The notes beneath the pieces are model-generated. The model did no database searches and had not been told where the DNA came from. It was given only the letters and a program-made list of their open reading frames with translations. A stretch of 64,000 bases of DNA from IMG/VR virus record IMGVR_UViG_3300029288_000144, positions 1-64,000 of that record. One strand, 5' to 3'. This stretch comes from a virus. Its lineage: Duplodnaviria > Caudoviricetes. Of this stretch, positions 54,885-64,000 are shown piece by piece. The first letter of the stretch is position 1; each line of letters starts with the position of its first letter. A program made the translations under genes and the position numbers.

Positions 54885-56344
54885 TCCTCCAAAATATTGT
54901 TAAAACCGCCGGACGGACCTATTAAATCAAAATATGTTGTTTTATTGGTTGGATCGAGTAATGCTTGAGCTTCGGCTGTTGGTATTTTAAGGGTATGTAA
55001 ATTGGATTTTCCTTGTGGGGAATTTAAGTCTAAAATTGTTCCAAATACTGGACTCTTAAGATGTTCTCCGTAAAGAGTAACGACATCTTCTATCTTTTTA
55101 TCATAAACAACATTTATGCTATCTATAGATTCTTTGATTTCCTGAGCCATTTTTTGCTGAGTAAACGCAACAGCAGCAGGACCAGCGACCGCCATCTTCG
55201 TCTTTTCTGTAACCGAATTATATTTCTTTGTTATTTCTATTATTGAATCGGAAATAGCTTTGCCCCGTTCGGTTTCTATAATCGTTTTCATACGAGTAAC
55301 TTCCGCCGTCTTAATAACATCTGTTGTTTTTATTGCTGATTTTCCTGTTACTTTTCGCCCTTGGTGTAAAGCTCCAGTAAGCGGGTCGAATGTTATGGAA
55401 TTGAAAGGGCCACCAAGAATAGACGGTTCTACAGTCATCAACGGAACACCAAACTCGCTTCCAACAGTCATTTCAAAATTTTTTGCTTTTTCCATCGCGT
55501 CCGTATCAGGAACTCCGCTAATATTAACTATATTAGTTGGTCCTGTAGCAATATCAAAATTTATTTCATTAGCCAAAACATCACACGATAAAGTTTCAAT
55601 TGAACATTTATCTTTTGCTGAAATCTTTGTTTCTCCACCAGCGATAATATCACAATTGCCATTTACCGCAATTTCTGCATTTTTCAAACTTTGTATCTTT
55701 GTTGAACCATTGTTTGTAATGTTCATGTCACCAAATCCCGAAAGATTAAAGTTGTTTGTGAAAATGTTTATATTCCCATAAGGATTTGTGATATTGAAAT
55801 TTCCTCTAAGATTCAAAGTTAAATCACCAACATCTGTAGAGTCTGTTGTTACTTCTATAATTCCACTTTCGAATATTTTAACAAAAACTCCATTATGCGT
55901 CTTTAATGAATATTCTCCTTTAGCTCTGTTAAATTTAGAAAAATCACCTTGTTCTGTTTCCCAAAAAATCATACTGTTTGGGTAATCTTCATTCTTATCG
56001 GATTCAAAATTCTGATTAGATAAATCCATCGTTTTTGAATAATATCTTGGTTGGTAAATATCCCCATCATCAAAATAAACATTAACAACCGTCTTCTCTT
56101 CCGGGACAATAAACGAACCTTTCGCGCTTCCGCAAAAATTAAAATCTGGGAGCGACCACGGCAACAATTCTGTTTCTATTCCATCATACAGTCCCATTAC
56201 ACGAATACGACATCTACCGTTTCTTTCCGGGTCGTTATTATCTTCTACAACTCCATTATATCTTTGACTGTATCTATTTGCAGGCCCATCATCAACGAAG
56301 TCTCTTAATTTTTTAATAAGTGTTTGTGGTAATGTCTCTTTCAT
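54881..56344 (-). CDS. gp5: baseplate hub spike (gp5/VgrG OB-fold), no lysozyme domain visible
   Basis: GVVEDNNDPERNGRCRIRV...LPWSLP...VPEEKTVVNVYFDDGDIYQPRY. Confidence 0.85.
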   Translation of the reverse strand: MKETLPQTLIKKLRDFVDDGPANRYSQRYNGVVEDNNDPERNGRCRIRVMGLYDGIETELLPWSLPDFNFCGSAKGSFIVPEEKTVVNVYFDDGDIYQPRYYSKTMDLSNQNFESDKNEDYPNSMIFWETEQGDFSKFNRAKGEYSLKTHNGVFVKIFESGIIEVTTDSTDVGDLTLNLRGNFNITNPYGNINIFTNNFNLSGFGDMNITNNGSTKIQSLKNAEIAVNGNCDIIAGGETKISAKDKCSIETLSCDVLANEINFDIATGPTNIVNISGVPDTDAMEKAKNFEMTVGSEFGVPLMTVEPSILGGPFNSITFDPLTGALHQGRKVTGKSAIKTTDVIKTAEVTRMKTIIETERGKAISDSIIEITKKYNSVTEKTKMAVAGPAAVAFTQQKMAQEIKESIDSINVVYDKKIEDVVTLYGEHLKSPVFGTILDLNSPQGKSNLHTLKIPTAEAQALLDPTNKTTYFDLIGPSGGFNNILEE

Positions 56345-57594
56345 TTTTTAACTCTTTTCAAATCTTTTTGTATCATCTCGTCATTTTTTATGTTGAACCC
56401 ATTCCGAAACAAAACTAAAACCATTGTATACAAACCACCATTGTATATGTTGTGATAAATTCCACCAACTAGATATTCTCCCGAGTGAATTTCGTCTATT
56501 CCAACTTTTCCAGTTTCTATATCAAATTGTTTTATAAACGACACGTCAATTTTATCCATTAGTTGTATTTTTAGATTTGGAGAAACTGTTATTGTTGTAT
56601 AATACGAAAACATCATTTTTTTAAGATACTTGTTTTGATTATAGGCTAACAAATAATTATCATGAACATTGGAATTCTGCATGTTGTAGTTTATACTATC
56701 ATACATTTTTCCTTTTTGATTTCTCTTGTTAATCATGTTTGTAAATGGAGCATAATTAAATGTTAAATAGTGGTCATAAAAATCAGTTCCATCAAAATAT
56801 GTAAAATCAAAACCATAACCACCCGTTCTATTTTCAATTGGCATATAATCATTAAACGTATAATCACTCTTGAAATACAAAACTTCGTCTCGTTTAGTTT
56901 CGCCTATCAAATCTTGTATAACTTTATCTTGATTTCCAGCATCAATCGACAACATATCATTATTAAATGCTTTGAACTTTGTCTTCTGAGAACATTTTGT
57001 TTTTAATGTAGTATAATGAAAAGTATTATCTTTTGTTGAATAAAATATAGGAATGTCTTTTTCTTGGTAATAAGCTCTTTCTAAAACATGTTTAATAAAA
57101 TTAGAATCGTTCACACTTATCTGATACCAAATCTGAGAATCATTTGATATTACATCTTCAACATAAGTTAATTGCTTGTTCTTTGAAACAACCTCACCAA
57201 TAACTTGAGAAGAAGGACCAACATAAGCTGTCTGGTCAACTTCTCCAAACATATAATCCGTTTTTTGAATAGCTACCAAACTAACAAAATACATGGCATT
57301 CCCAGCGGTGTTCTTCTTTGCGACCTTGCTGCTTAAAATATCAAATTCGATTTCTACAGGATTCTCTTCTTTATCTTTAGCTAAAATTAGTTTGAGATAC
57401 GAACCATCAACTATTGGAGAAATTTCAACAAAGGTTCCATTATCAACAAAATCCAAATCCAATTCAACCGCTGTGTCGAAGATAAACTCTCTCAAAGAAA
57501 GAGATTGAATCATTTTAGATAATAACTCAACACCATCGATCATCACCCGACAATAATACTGCGAACCTTCAATGTTGGTGTCTTGACGAATCAT
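56341..57594 (-). CDS. baseplate hub protein (gp27 / late control D-like)
   Basis: position between gp53 and gp5; SGEYLVGGIYH C-terminal motif. Confidence 0.65.
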   Translation of the reverse strand: MIRQDTNIEGSQYYCRVMIDGVELLSKMIQSLSLREFIFDTAVELDLDFVDNGTFVEISPIVDGSYLKLILAKDKEENPVEIEFDILSSKVAKKNTAGNAMYFVSLVAIQKTDYMFGEVDQTAYVGPSSQVIGEVVSKNKQLTYVEDVISNDSQIWYQISVNDSNFIKHVLERAYYQEKDIPIFYSTKDNTFHYTTLKTKCSQKTKFKAFNNDMLSIDAGNQDKVIQDLIGETKRDEVLYFKSDYTFNDYMPIENRTGGYGFDFTYFDGTDFYDHYLTFNYAPFTNMINKRNQKGKMYDSINYNMQNSNVHDNYLLAYNQNKYLKKMMFSYYTTITVSPNLKIQLMDKIDVSFIKQFDIETGKVGIDEIHSGEYLVGGIYHNIYNGGLYTMVLVLFRNGFNIKNDEMIQKDLKRVKK

Positions 57595-57953
57595 TTATTA
57601 AAATTCCTAGCAAAACTAAAAAACTCATCAATGTCTTGTTTGCTAGGAATATTTATATACTCTGAAATCTTAACCGCGTCAGGATATTGTGTTTCTTGTT
57701 CATCATCAACAGCAACATCATTCCAGATGTCTTCTATTTCTGGATTACATTTTAAGATAATCCACCAATAATCTGAAACTCCGAAGAACTTATATGAGAT
57801 TTTATCTGGACGCATATAGTCATCATATTGAAGTTTGTATTGGGTAAATTCATCCTTGAAAACATATGAAGAAAATGCGCTGTTAACTAAATCCCTTTCC
57901 ATAAGAGAATCTATTACTTCTGGTTGAAAATAATTTGTTCTTGAGTATTTCAT
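57591..57953 (-). CDS. gp53: baseplate wedge gp53-like (LysM-like)
   Basis: RPDKISYKFFGVSDYWWIILKCN...INIP. Confidence 0.8.
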   Translation of the reverse strand: MKYSRTNYFQPEVIDSLMERDLVNSAFSSYVFKDEFTQYKLQYDDYMRPDKISYKFFGVSDYWWIILKCNPEIEDIWNDVAVDDEQETQYPDAVKISEYINIPSKQDIDEFFSFARNFNK

Positions 57954-58903
57954 GGGGATTGTGCTATTCCCGCTGCTTTTTTAGCAGCATCCCAAACAGT
58001 TTTTGCCTCGTTAGTTGAAGCATATCGTATAGCAATATCAGTTTCTTGGTCTATAACAACGCGACTTCCTTGATATTTGTTTACAAGAAACCCAGGTCCA
58101 AATATTTCAATTTGTTGATTGGCTGAATCCTCTGGAAGATACATTGCTAAAGAAGAATATAGACTTTCAACACCCAAATCAAAATCAACATATGTCGGAT
58201 ATTTATTATTACCCGACTTTGTAAATTCTTTAGAAAATGTAAAATCTACACTTGTTAAAACCATTTCTGCTTTCTTAAAATACGAGCCAATACTAACTTT
58301 TAGATGCGGTGGCATTTTTGTTGTAGTATTGTCTGTAATACTTTTTAATGTATTTAATCCAACATCTCCTACATTCGTCACATCTTCTGCTATTTCTGCC
58401 GCCCCTTCTCCAATAATTTTACTACCTTCTCTAAACAAAGCACCAATAATAGCTAACGGGTTGTCCTGAAGCATAACATTATTTCTGGCAATTATTGGAA
58501 GGCAACACTTTGTCAACAAGTCGCACCTCGCAATAACATTTGGGTCATCATACGCTCGAAATTTTAAATTCAAAGAAACATACGATTTTCCCGGATTAAA
58601 CATTCTCTTTGAACCATAGCCAGAATAAAATCCCGTATTCCTTTGAGTTAGGTCTTTGAACACATTAAATGCCAACATATCCGGGTCGCTCCAAGAAAGA
58701 ATATTATTGTATTCCGCTTTAACAGAATAAGTAAAAGCATCTTTCATAAATCCTTCAATTGTCGCTAACGGTTTTCCATCTATATTGTTTGGTGGCATTA
58801 TATCTATAACAATTTTGTGTTCCTGAGCAGCTGCCAACTGTTCCGGCGACCGAACAGGCCCCGTTCCATCAGTTCCTTCGTGTCTGTAAATACTCCAACT
58901 CAT
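57950..58903 (-). CDS. tail tube initiator / baseplate junction protein (gp48/gp54-like)
   Basis: PPHLKVSIGSYF..MVLTSVDFTF...YPTYVDFDLGV pattern; position. Confidence 0.6.
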   Translation of the reverse strand: MSWSIYRHEGTDGTGPVRSPEQLAAAQEHKIVIDIMPPNNIDGKPLATIEGFMKDAFTYSVKAEYNNILSWSDPDMLAFNVFKDLTQRNTGFYSGYGSKRMFNPGKSYVSLNLKFRAYDDPNVIARCDLLTKCCLPIIARNNVMLQDNPLAIIGALFREGSKIIGEGAAEIAEDVTNVGDVGLNTLKSITDNTTTKMPPHLKVSIGSYFKKAEMVLTSVDFTFSKEFTKSGNNKYPTYVDFDLGVESLYSSLAMYLPEDSANQQIEIFGPGFLVNKYQGSRVVIDQETDIAIRYASTNEAKTVWDAAKKAAGIAQSP

Positions 58904-61359
58904 TCGTCACCACCAAATTCCATTTTAACTACATTGGCTAAAGCTGGCATGAAAGTATTTATCCAAAAATTAGAGTCCGAATAAATATCATATTCTTCAA
59001 TTATTTCTGGAGTTGTAGTTTTTATATTTCCTGATTTTGCTTCAGCACGTATCTTATTTGCGTAATACTCAGGCATAATGATTTCGCCCTTGTGAACAAA
59101 CGCATCTTGGTCTTTATCAACATTCCAAGCACCAACCGAATACGAATTCATATAAGAAACATCAACATTCATTTTTTTGCTTGCCCATTGATAAATATCC
59201 GAAACGGTTTTCGCTATACCATTGGAATAAAATACATCGGGATTACTTGCTGCGGATTCGGGCAATATATCAGCAGCAATAGTATCTGGAGAAGATAACG
59301 CAGTTTTAATAAGTTTTGGACCACCACCAGGCCCAAGAAAATGTAATAAGTAAATATGCGGTTCTGTTATAGACAACCCACGGCGCTTAAGAGTATCCAT
59401 ATTATCTTTTATATAAGTAGCCCCCATTATAGCGTTTGCTTGTGGGTCCGTTCGTTCGGCTTTATCGGTCAACCCAAATTGTTCTCCATATTTCTTTAAC
59501 TGCCCACGCCACGTTCTTCCTGTGAATTGAAATAACCCCGTAGCCGAAGAGGTTTTGGCTTTTACTCCTGTTTGGAAACTTGATTCAACATGAGCAAATT
59601 TAACAAGCGTTTCTAAAGGGATCCCGGTTTTTTGAGAAGCTTCTAAAAGATGATTTTTAACGGAGGAATATCTGGCACCGATTTCTGTTTTTTGAATAGA
59701 AGACAATATGTTCGCGGTTTTATATTCTTTTCCGGGGGCGATTGTTCCAGCAGTATTAAAAGTATTATCAGATGGTGCAGAATTAGAACCTCGCCTATCA
59801 ACTCCAGAACTAACAGAAAAAATACTTCTGATTTCTTTTATATCAGCTAGAAAACTCTTAAATCTATTATCTATTAACGATTCTTCTCTTCGTCCTTGTT
59901 TTTTTAATTCGGCTTTAGCATCTTTTATTTTTTGTTCTTTTTTTCTATTATTTTTAGAATTAGGAACATATGTTTCGGCTTGATGCTCACCAACCACATA
60001 GGTTTTGTTTTTTACAACAGGACCACCACTTCTTCTTGTTGAAATATTAACTTTTCCAACATTCGGAACAACCATGAAAAGTCTACCATTATCCATGACG
60101 ATTTCTCGAATTCCATGTTTTGTGTTTAATTTGTATGTTTGTATTCCCGGAAGTTTTGGGTCAGTAGATCGAATGATAGGATTTTTATTCCCCATTGCCG
60201 ACAAATATTTTCCAGTTGACGAATCTACAATAGGCTTCCATTCATTTCCTGTATTATATTCCCAATAGATATTTTTATAATCTTTGAAGTTTGGGCGAAG
60301 TTGAACAAGCGTCCCTTTTTGTTTTTCTGTATCAATTAAATGTTCTGTCTTTGCTACCTTTTCTCTAGCTTCTCCGACATATCCACTCGTTCTCCCTTTT
60401 GTTTCTCTCATCGAATCTGAAACCATTGTCATTGATGTTCCAAGAGCAAATAAAGCAATTCCTAATGGTCCAGGTAAAAACGAACCAACAACATTGATTG
60501 TATTTCCAAAAACATTCATCAGAGTAGAAGAAATCGCACTCTGAGCACCTAGTTTATCACCGGCATCATTAAACTTTTTATAATGAGAAATTCCTGTTTT
60601 GATAGATTTGACCATATCATAAATTGAATAAACAGCACCAACAATAGGTAATGCTTTTGTTCCTACTTTACCAACACCTTTTACAATTTTTGCTATTCCG
60701 CCAAGTTTTCCAATTCCTGGAAGTTTTAGTTTCTTTAATAAAGACGCGATTGCTCCACCGCCAAGAAATGACCCAATTATACCTTTTATATTTCCAAAGA
60801 ATCCACCACCCGATTTATCTTCTTTGACATCTTTCGTTTCAAAATTTGGACTATTTGAAAGATTTCTATCAATTCGCTTCAAAATAGCTATCTTTTCTTC
60901 AAACATATTACTAACGTCATCAGTTCTGTAAAAATCTTGTGACGATTGATGTGAAGTTTGTTTCTTAACATTTTCAGGAAGATTGATGTTCTTGAATGAA
61001 GCGTTTTGAATTGTTAGATGAGGAAATAACAATTTTGTAGATGCGATTTTTATAGAAGATGTCTTTTTGTCTTCTGTAACTATTTCTTTTTTTGGTTTTG
61101 ACGAATGAACTAAATTTGTTATTGATTTTACAAGTTTAGTTTGAATAGATTTTAATTTGGTTGATTCTTTTTTGCTTGTTTCTTTTTTGCTTGTTTCTTT
61201 TTTTCTTCCAAGAACACCACGAAGAATCAAATTCAACTTTTCGAATTCATCTATCTGAGAATCAACTATCTTGTTGGTCTTTTCTAATTCAGTAAACACC
61301 TGTTTGTTAGCTGTCTGAAGCCTAGAAAATTCCGCGTTGAAAAATGTTCTTATATCCAT
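58900..61359 (-). CDS. tape-measure/hub-like protein with soluble lytic transglycosylase domain, 819 aa
   Basis: AHVESSF...SSATGLFQF..RTW...DPQANA..GA.Y...YLLHFLGPGG; GGPV...YVVGE and HKGEII motifs. Confidence 0.8.
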   Translation of the reverse strand: MDIRTFFNAEFSRLQTANKQVFTELEKTNKIVDSQIDEFEKLNLILRGVLGRKKETSKKETSKKESTKLKSIQTKLVKSITNLVHSSKPKKEIVTEDKKTSSIKIASTKLLFPHLTIQNASFKNINLPENVKKQTSHQSSQDFYRTDDVSNMFEEKIAILKRIDRNLSNSPNFETKDVKEDKSGGGFFGNIKGIIGSFLGGGAIASLLKKLKLPGIGKLGGIAKIVKGVGKVGTKALPIVGAVYSIYDMVKSIKTGISHYKKFNDAGDKLGAQSAISSTLMNVFGNTINVVGSFLPGPLGIALFALGTSMTMVSDSMRETKGRTSGYVGEAREKVAKTEHLIDTEKQKGTLVQLRPNFKDYKNIYWEYNTGNEWKPIVDSSTGKYLSAMGNKNPIIRSTDPKLPGIQTYKLNTKHGIREIVMDNGRLFMVVPNVGKVNISTRRSGGPVVKNKTYVVGEHQAETYVPNSKNNRKKEQKIKDAKAELKKQGRREESLIDNRFKSFLADIKEIRSIFSVSSGVDRRGSNSAPSDNTFNTAGTIAPGKEYKTANILSSIQKTEIGARYSSVKNHLLEASQKTGIPLETLVKFAHVESSFQTGVKAKTSSATGLFQFTGRTWRGQLKKYGEQFGLTDKAERTDPQANAIMGATYIKDNMDTLKRRGLSITEPHIYLLHFLGPGGGPKLIKTALSSPDTIAADILPESAASNPDVFYSNGIAKTVSDIYQWASKKMNVDVSYMNSYSVGAWNVDKDQDAFVHKGEIIMPEYYANKIRAEAKSGNIKTTTPEIIEEYDIYSDSNFWINTFMPALANVVKMEFGGDE

Positions 61360-62978
61360 TAACCAACTCCAAAGACGTTGCCAATGTTGTAACTCATAAT
61401 ATTTTCACTAGTTTTTTCTGTTTTAATCATAGACGCAAACTTAGGAACAAATTCATCAAGCCAAAATTCTTTTCCTAATTGATTTCTAGAAACATATTGT
61501 GGAGTTTGAGAATAAGAAACTGGTTGGTTTTGTAATTTAGAAATAGCTCTCAACGCTTCCGATTGTGCCGCAGGAATCACCATCTCATTTTTGTGTAAAG
61601 AAACCTTCATGTCTCTTGGAACATTCTTGTCACCAATTCGTCTAGCAGGTCCGGGGGCTTCTTTTGGTGGTTCTTGAACTTTTGGAATTTGTAGAATATT
61701 GTTTAACCCTAAGAACGAAAGCCCTTTATTAGCAACATCAGCACCCTTGTTGAAAATCATAGAAGCTGTTTCTTTAACAACGGTTATCGCCGGGGCAATC
61801 TTGTCCTTCGCCAAATCTATTAAATTACCAATTCCGCGCTTTATCATAGCTATCAAGTTCTTCGGCTTAAAAAACTCTAAAACCTTCTCAAATGAATCAG
61901 AAAAATAGTTAAATCTATTTGTTACCATTTTATTCTGGTCTTTAATCAATTCCAACACACTATCAAAAATCTTGTCGTCGTTTCCATATTTTTCGTTGTG
62001 AGAAATTAACTTGTTGTTTGGAATGATTCGGCCTGTCTCTCTTGGTGTGAAAAGCTCCGGGCCTTTCTCACCAACAATATATGGTTTTCCAGAAATGACA
62101 GACCCACCTTTTTCTCTCGGTTCTGCGTTTCCAACTTCATCAAAATCTTTTGTGAATAATCCCGCTTTTATAGAATCATAAATTGTGTAACCAGCGCCCG
62201 CTAAAGCTAAACCAATTAACAATTTTGGATTCTTTAATAATTTGCCCGAATCTTTTAATAAGGTTGATGGTTTTAATTTTGAAAGCGGCTTAAATAAGGA
62301 ACCTAACTTTTTGAATTTAGATAATCCAAACATTCCTCCGACAACTCCACCAACTCCCGCTTCGGCAGCACCCGCAAACATTTTTGATAAACTCCCAATA
62401 CCCGCAAACAAGCTATCAAATAGGCTTGCTCCAGAACCACCTGAGAAATTTAATTTGTTTTCAATACTCTTTAATAACTCAATCTCATCACCAAAATAAT
62501 TAGAAGCATCGTCGGTTCTGTAAAAGTCTTGGCCTGATTGTTTTTCTTTTGATGAGATGTCTATGGGGAATTTGAAGTTCTTGGAATTGATTATTAAATT
62601 CCCTCGGACTGTTAAATTTGAATTGGTTATTGAAACCTTCTCAAGAGATGGGTTTTTAATCTTTGGCTTTTTAATTGTTTCTTTTACAACTTTTGATTTT
62701 GCTGCTTTTTCAATTGACAGTGTTGTAGATTTAAGAAAAGATTGTATTGTATTGTCTTTTTTATTTGTTTGTTTCTTTTCTTCTGTCTTTTCACGAAACA
62801 AGTCAAGCTGGTCAATAGATGTTCTTAAAGTCTTTACTAATTTTTTGCTTTTATCTGTTAGCTTAGTTTGAACTTCATTTGTATTTTTAATAGACTCTAA
62901 CTGCGAGGACGCAATCTTGTTGCTCGCAGCTAAAGCCTCGTTTAATAAATTTGTAATATCGGATGGATTACCTGCCAT
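61359..62978 (-). CDS. tape-measure-like paralog, 539 aa
   Basis: REKGGSVISGKPYIVGEKGPELFTP, LHKNEMVIP; shares QDFYRTDD.SN.F with neighbour; TAAATA at 62984-62989. Confidence 0.75.
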   Translation of the reverse strand: MAGNPSDITNLLNEALAASNKIASSQLESIKNTNEVQTKLTDKSKKLVKTLRTSIDQLDLFREKTEEKKQTNKKDNTIQSFLKSTTLSIEKAAKSKVVKETIKKPKIKNPSLEKVSITNSNLTVRGNLIINSKNFKFPIDISSKEKQSGQDFYRTDDASNYFGDEIELLKSIENKLNFSGGSGASLFDSLFAGIGSLSKMFAGAAEAGVGGVVGGMFGLSKFKKLGSLFKPLSKLKPSTLLKDSGKLLKNPKLLIGLALAGAGYTIYDSIKAGLFTKDFDEVGNAEPREKGGSVISGKPYIVGEKGPELFTPRETGRIIPNNKLISHNEKYGNDDKIFDSVLELIKDQNKMVTNRFNYFSDSFEKVLEFFKPKNLIAMIKRGIGNLIDLAKDKIAPAITVVKETASMIFNKGADVANKGLSFLGLNNILQIPKVQEPPKEAPGPARRIGDKNVPRDMKVSLHKNEMVIPAAQSEALRAISKLQNQPVSYSQTPQYVSRNQLGKEFWLDEFVPKFASMIKTEKTSENIMSYNIGNVFGVG

Positions 62979-63002
62979 GTAAGTATTTAGATTTTGCTAG
63001 AA

Positions 63003-63977
63003 TTAAACAGCAGAATCTATTAGAGATGTTAATGTTGGTTCTATAAGAGTTGCCCATTGGTCATATCCACTTGAAGAAAAGTGACCACCATCACCAAACG
63101 AATAATCTAACAACCATTCGAGTGTAGAAGAATTCCAAATACCACCGTCGGATTCTGATAATATAGAATTAACATATATTGTTTTTAATGTATCTACAGC
63201 TGCCCGGTAATTTGCTTTTTTTGCTTGGTCAGATGAAATCATTGTCCAAGTTCCTGGAATTATAACCCAAAATGGTTGTGCTGGCATAATAGATTTCGCA
63301 AGAGCGGTATCAGATAACGCCTGTCCTCCTTGGTCAGGATAACCATAACCATCATTATAGTTGTTTATAGAAATTCCTTCATAAACAACACACCTCAAAT
63401 CCAAAACCGATGCTATTTTTTGCCACATCGTTAAAATTGACGGAGTTGGTAGCCCTTGAATACCTAACTGTAATGGAATATATGGTTTATTATTAGTAAT
63501 CCAAATTTCTTCAAGTCGGGTTGCTAGGCCACGACGACCGTTTATCCCACCATCATCTCCGAAGGTCTGAATATGAGAATCGCCTATTAACGGAATTGTT
63601 ACCACGGGCGTTCCTAAACCAGAAAAACCAAACAACAAATTAGGCATTGTGCCGAACGACTGCGAAGTCCCTGTAAGAGTAAATGAAGAAGACGGAAGAG
63701 TTGAAAGAATTTGCTCATCGCCATTAGGTTCCCAGCCTGTTGATTCATATGGAACGCCCCACAATCTCTGTTCAGCACCCGCAGATAACTCAACAACAAC
63801 TCTGCATGAATTTACCAGCGTTGTTTGTAATTGAAACCCACCGGCAGGAGTTACTTTAGTAAACCCTGGGTTTGTTTCTGTTCCGGCGGAAACTGTTCGT
63901 GTGTTATTAAAAATAGTCACAAATCCAGTTGATATGTTCTCTGTTAACTCGGTCGCTGTTGAATTTCCAACATACAT
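63003..63977 (-). CDS. virion-associated SGNH/GDSL esterase-domain protein, 324 aa
   Basis: LIGDSH, GRRG, GISIN, DGGHFSSSGY blocks; AGGA before ATG. Confidence 0.7.
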   Translation of the reverse strand: MYVGNSTATELTENISTGFVTIFNNTRTVSAGTETNPGFTKVTPAGGFQLQTTLVNSCRVVVELSAGAEQRLWGVPYESTGWEPNGDEQILSTLPSSSFTLTGTSQSFGTMPNLLFGFSGLGTPVVTIPLIGDSHIQTFGDDGGINGRRGLATRLEEIWITNNKPYIPLQLGIQGLPTPSILTMWQKIASVLDLRCVVYEGISINNYNDGYGYPDQGGQALSDTALAKSIMPAQPFWVIIPGTWTMISSDQAKKANYRAAVDTLKTIYVNSILSESDGGIWNSSTLEWLLDYSFGDGGHFSSSGYDQWATLIEPTLTSLIDSAV

Positions 63978-64000
63978 TCCTACAATTTTATAAGAGATGG

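Noticed and set aside
62801-62811. AGTCAAGCTGG match to the early promoter core
   Set aside because: Inside a coding sequence, lacking the ACCGAA box and a -10; chance match.
1-64000. Alternative genetic code (TGA=Trp or TAG=Gln), suggested by interrupted ORFs at 5759 and 16243
   Set aside because: ORFs of 2471, 1160 and 866 aa are open in code 11, and TGA/TAG end many genes, with numerous ATGA stop-start overlaps; the isolated stops are better explained as lesions.

Overview
64 kb of an AT-rich (roughly 30% GC by eye) T4-like myovirus, probably a large/jumbo phage. Translation is standard code 11, with AGGAG-type Shine-Dalgarno sites and sigma70-like early promoters. Four zones. (1) 1-11.7 kb: leftward early region of about 35 small unknown ORFs, organised into cassettes by a strongly conserved promoter plus stem-loop element (13 copies counting the divergent pair at 12.1-12.2 kb). 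It also holds a tRNA-Asn, a hairpin-dense 670 nt non-coding transcript and a candidate late sRNA. (2) 11.7-12.6 kb: non-coding divergence zone with a strand-skew flip. (3) 12.6-34.3 kb: mostly rightward accessory region. It has about 26 translationally coupled 55-75 aa 'MKI...R(F/L/M)xK' micro-protein paralogs in arrays, an RNA repair triad (PNK-phosphatase, Rnl1, second RNA ligase), a duplicated late operon of capsid-targeting-sequence-like proteins including two Fis-type HTH proteins, a tandem DUF3140-like gene and NAD-dependent LigA. (4) 34.3-64 kb: leftward PhoH then tail/baseplate module: gp3-like, YadA-repeat fibre, 2471 aa gp7-like adhesin, gp6, a GT2 glycosyltransferase, gp25, gp5, hub, gp53, two tape-measure-like paralogs (one with an SLT domain) and an SGNH esterase. 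Best candidates for undescribed systems: the MKI micro-protein library, the early cassette architecture with apparent convergent antisense promoters inside the terminators, the packaged Fis-like HTH operon, and the large ncRNA. All family assignments come from motif recognition by eye; no database searches were run.
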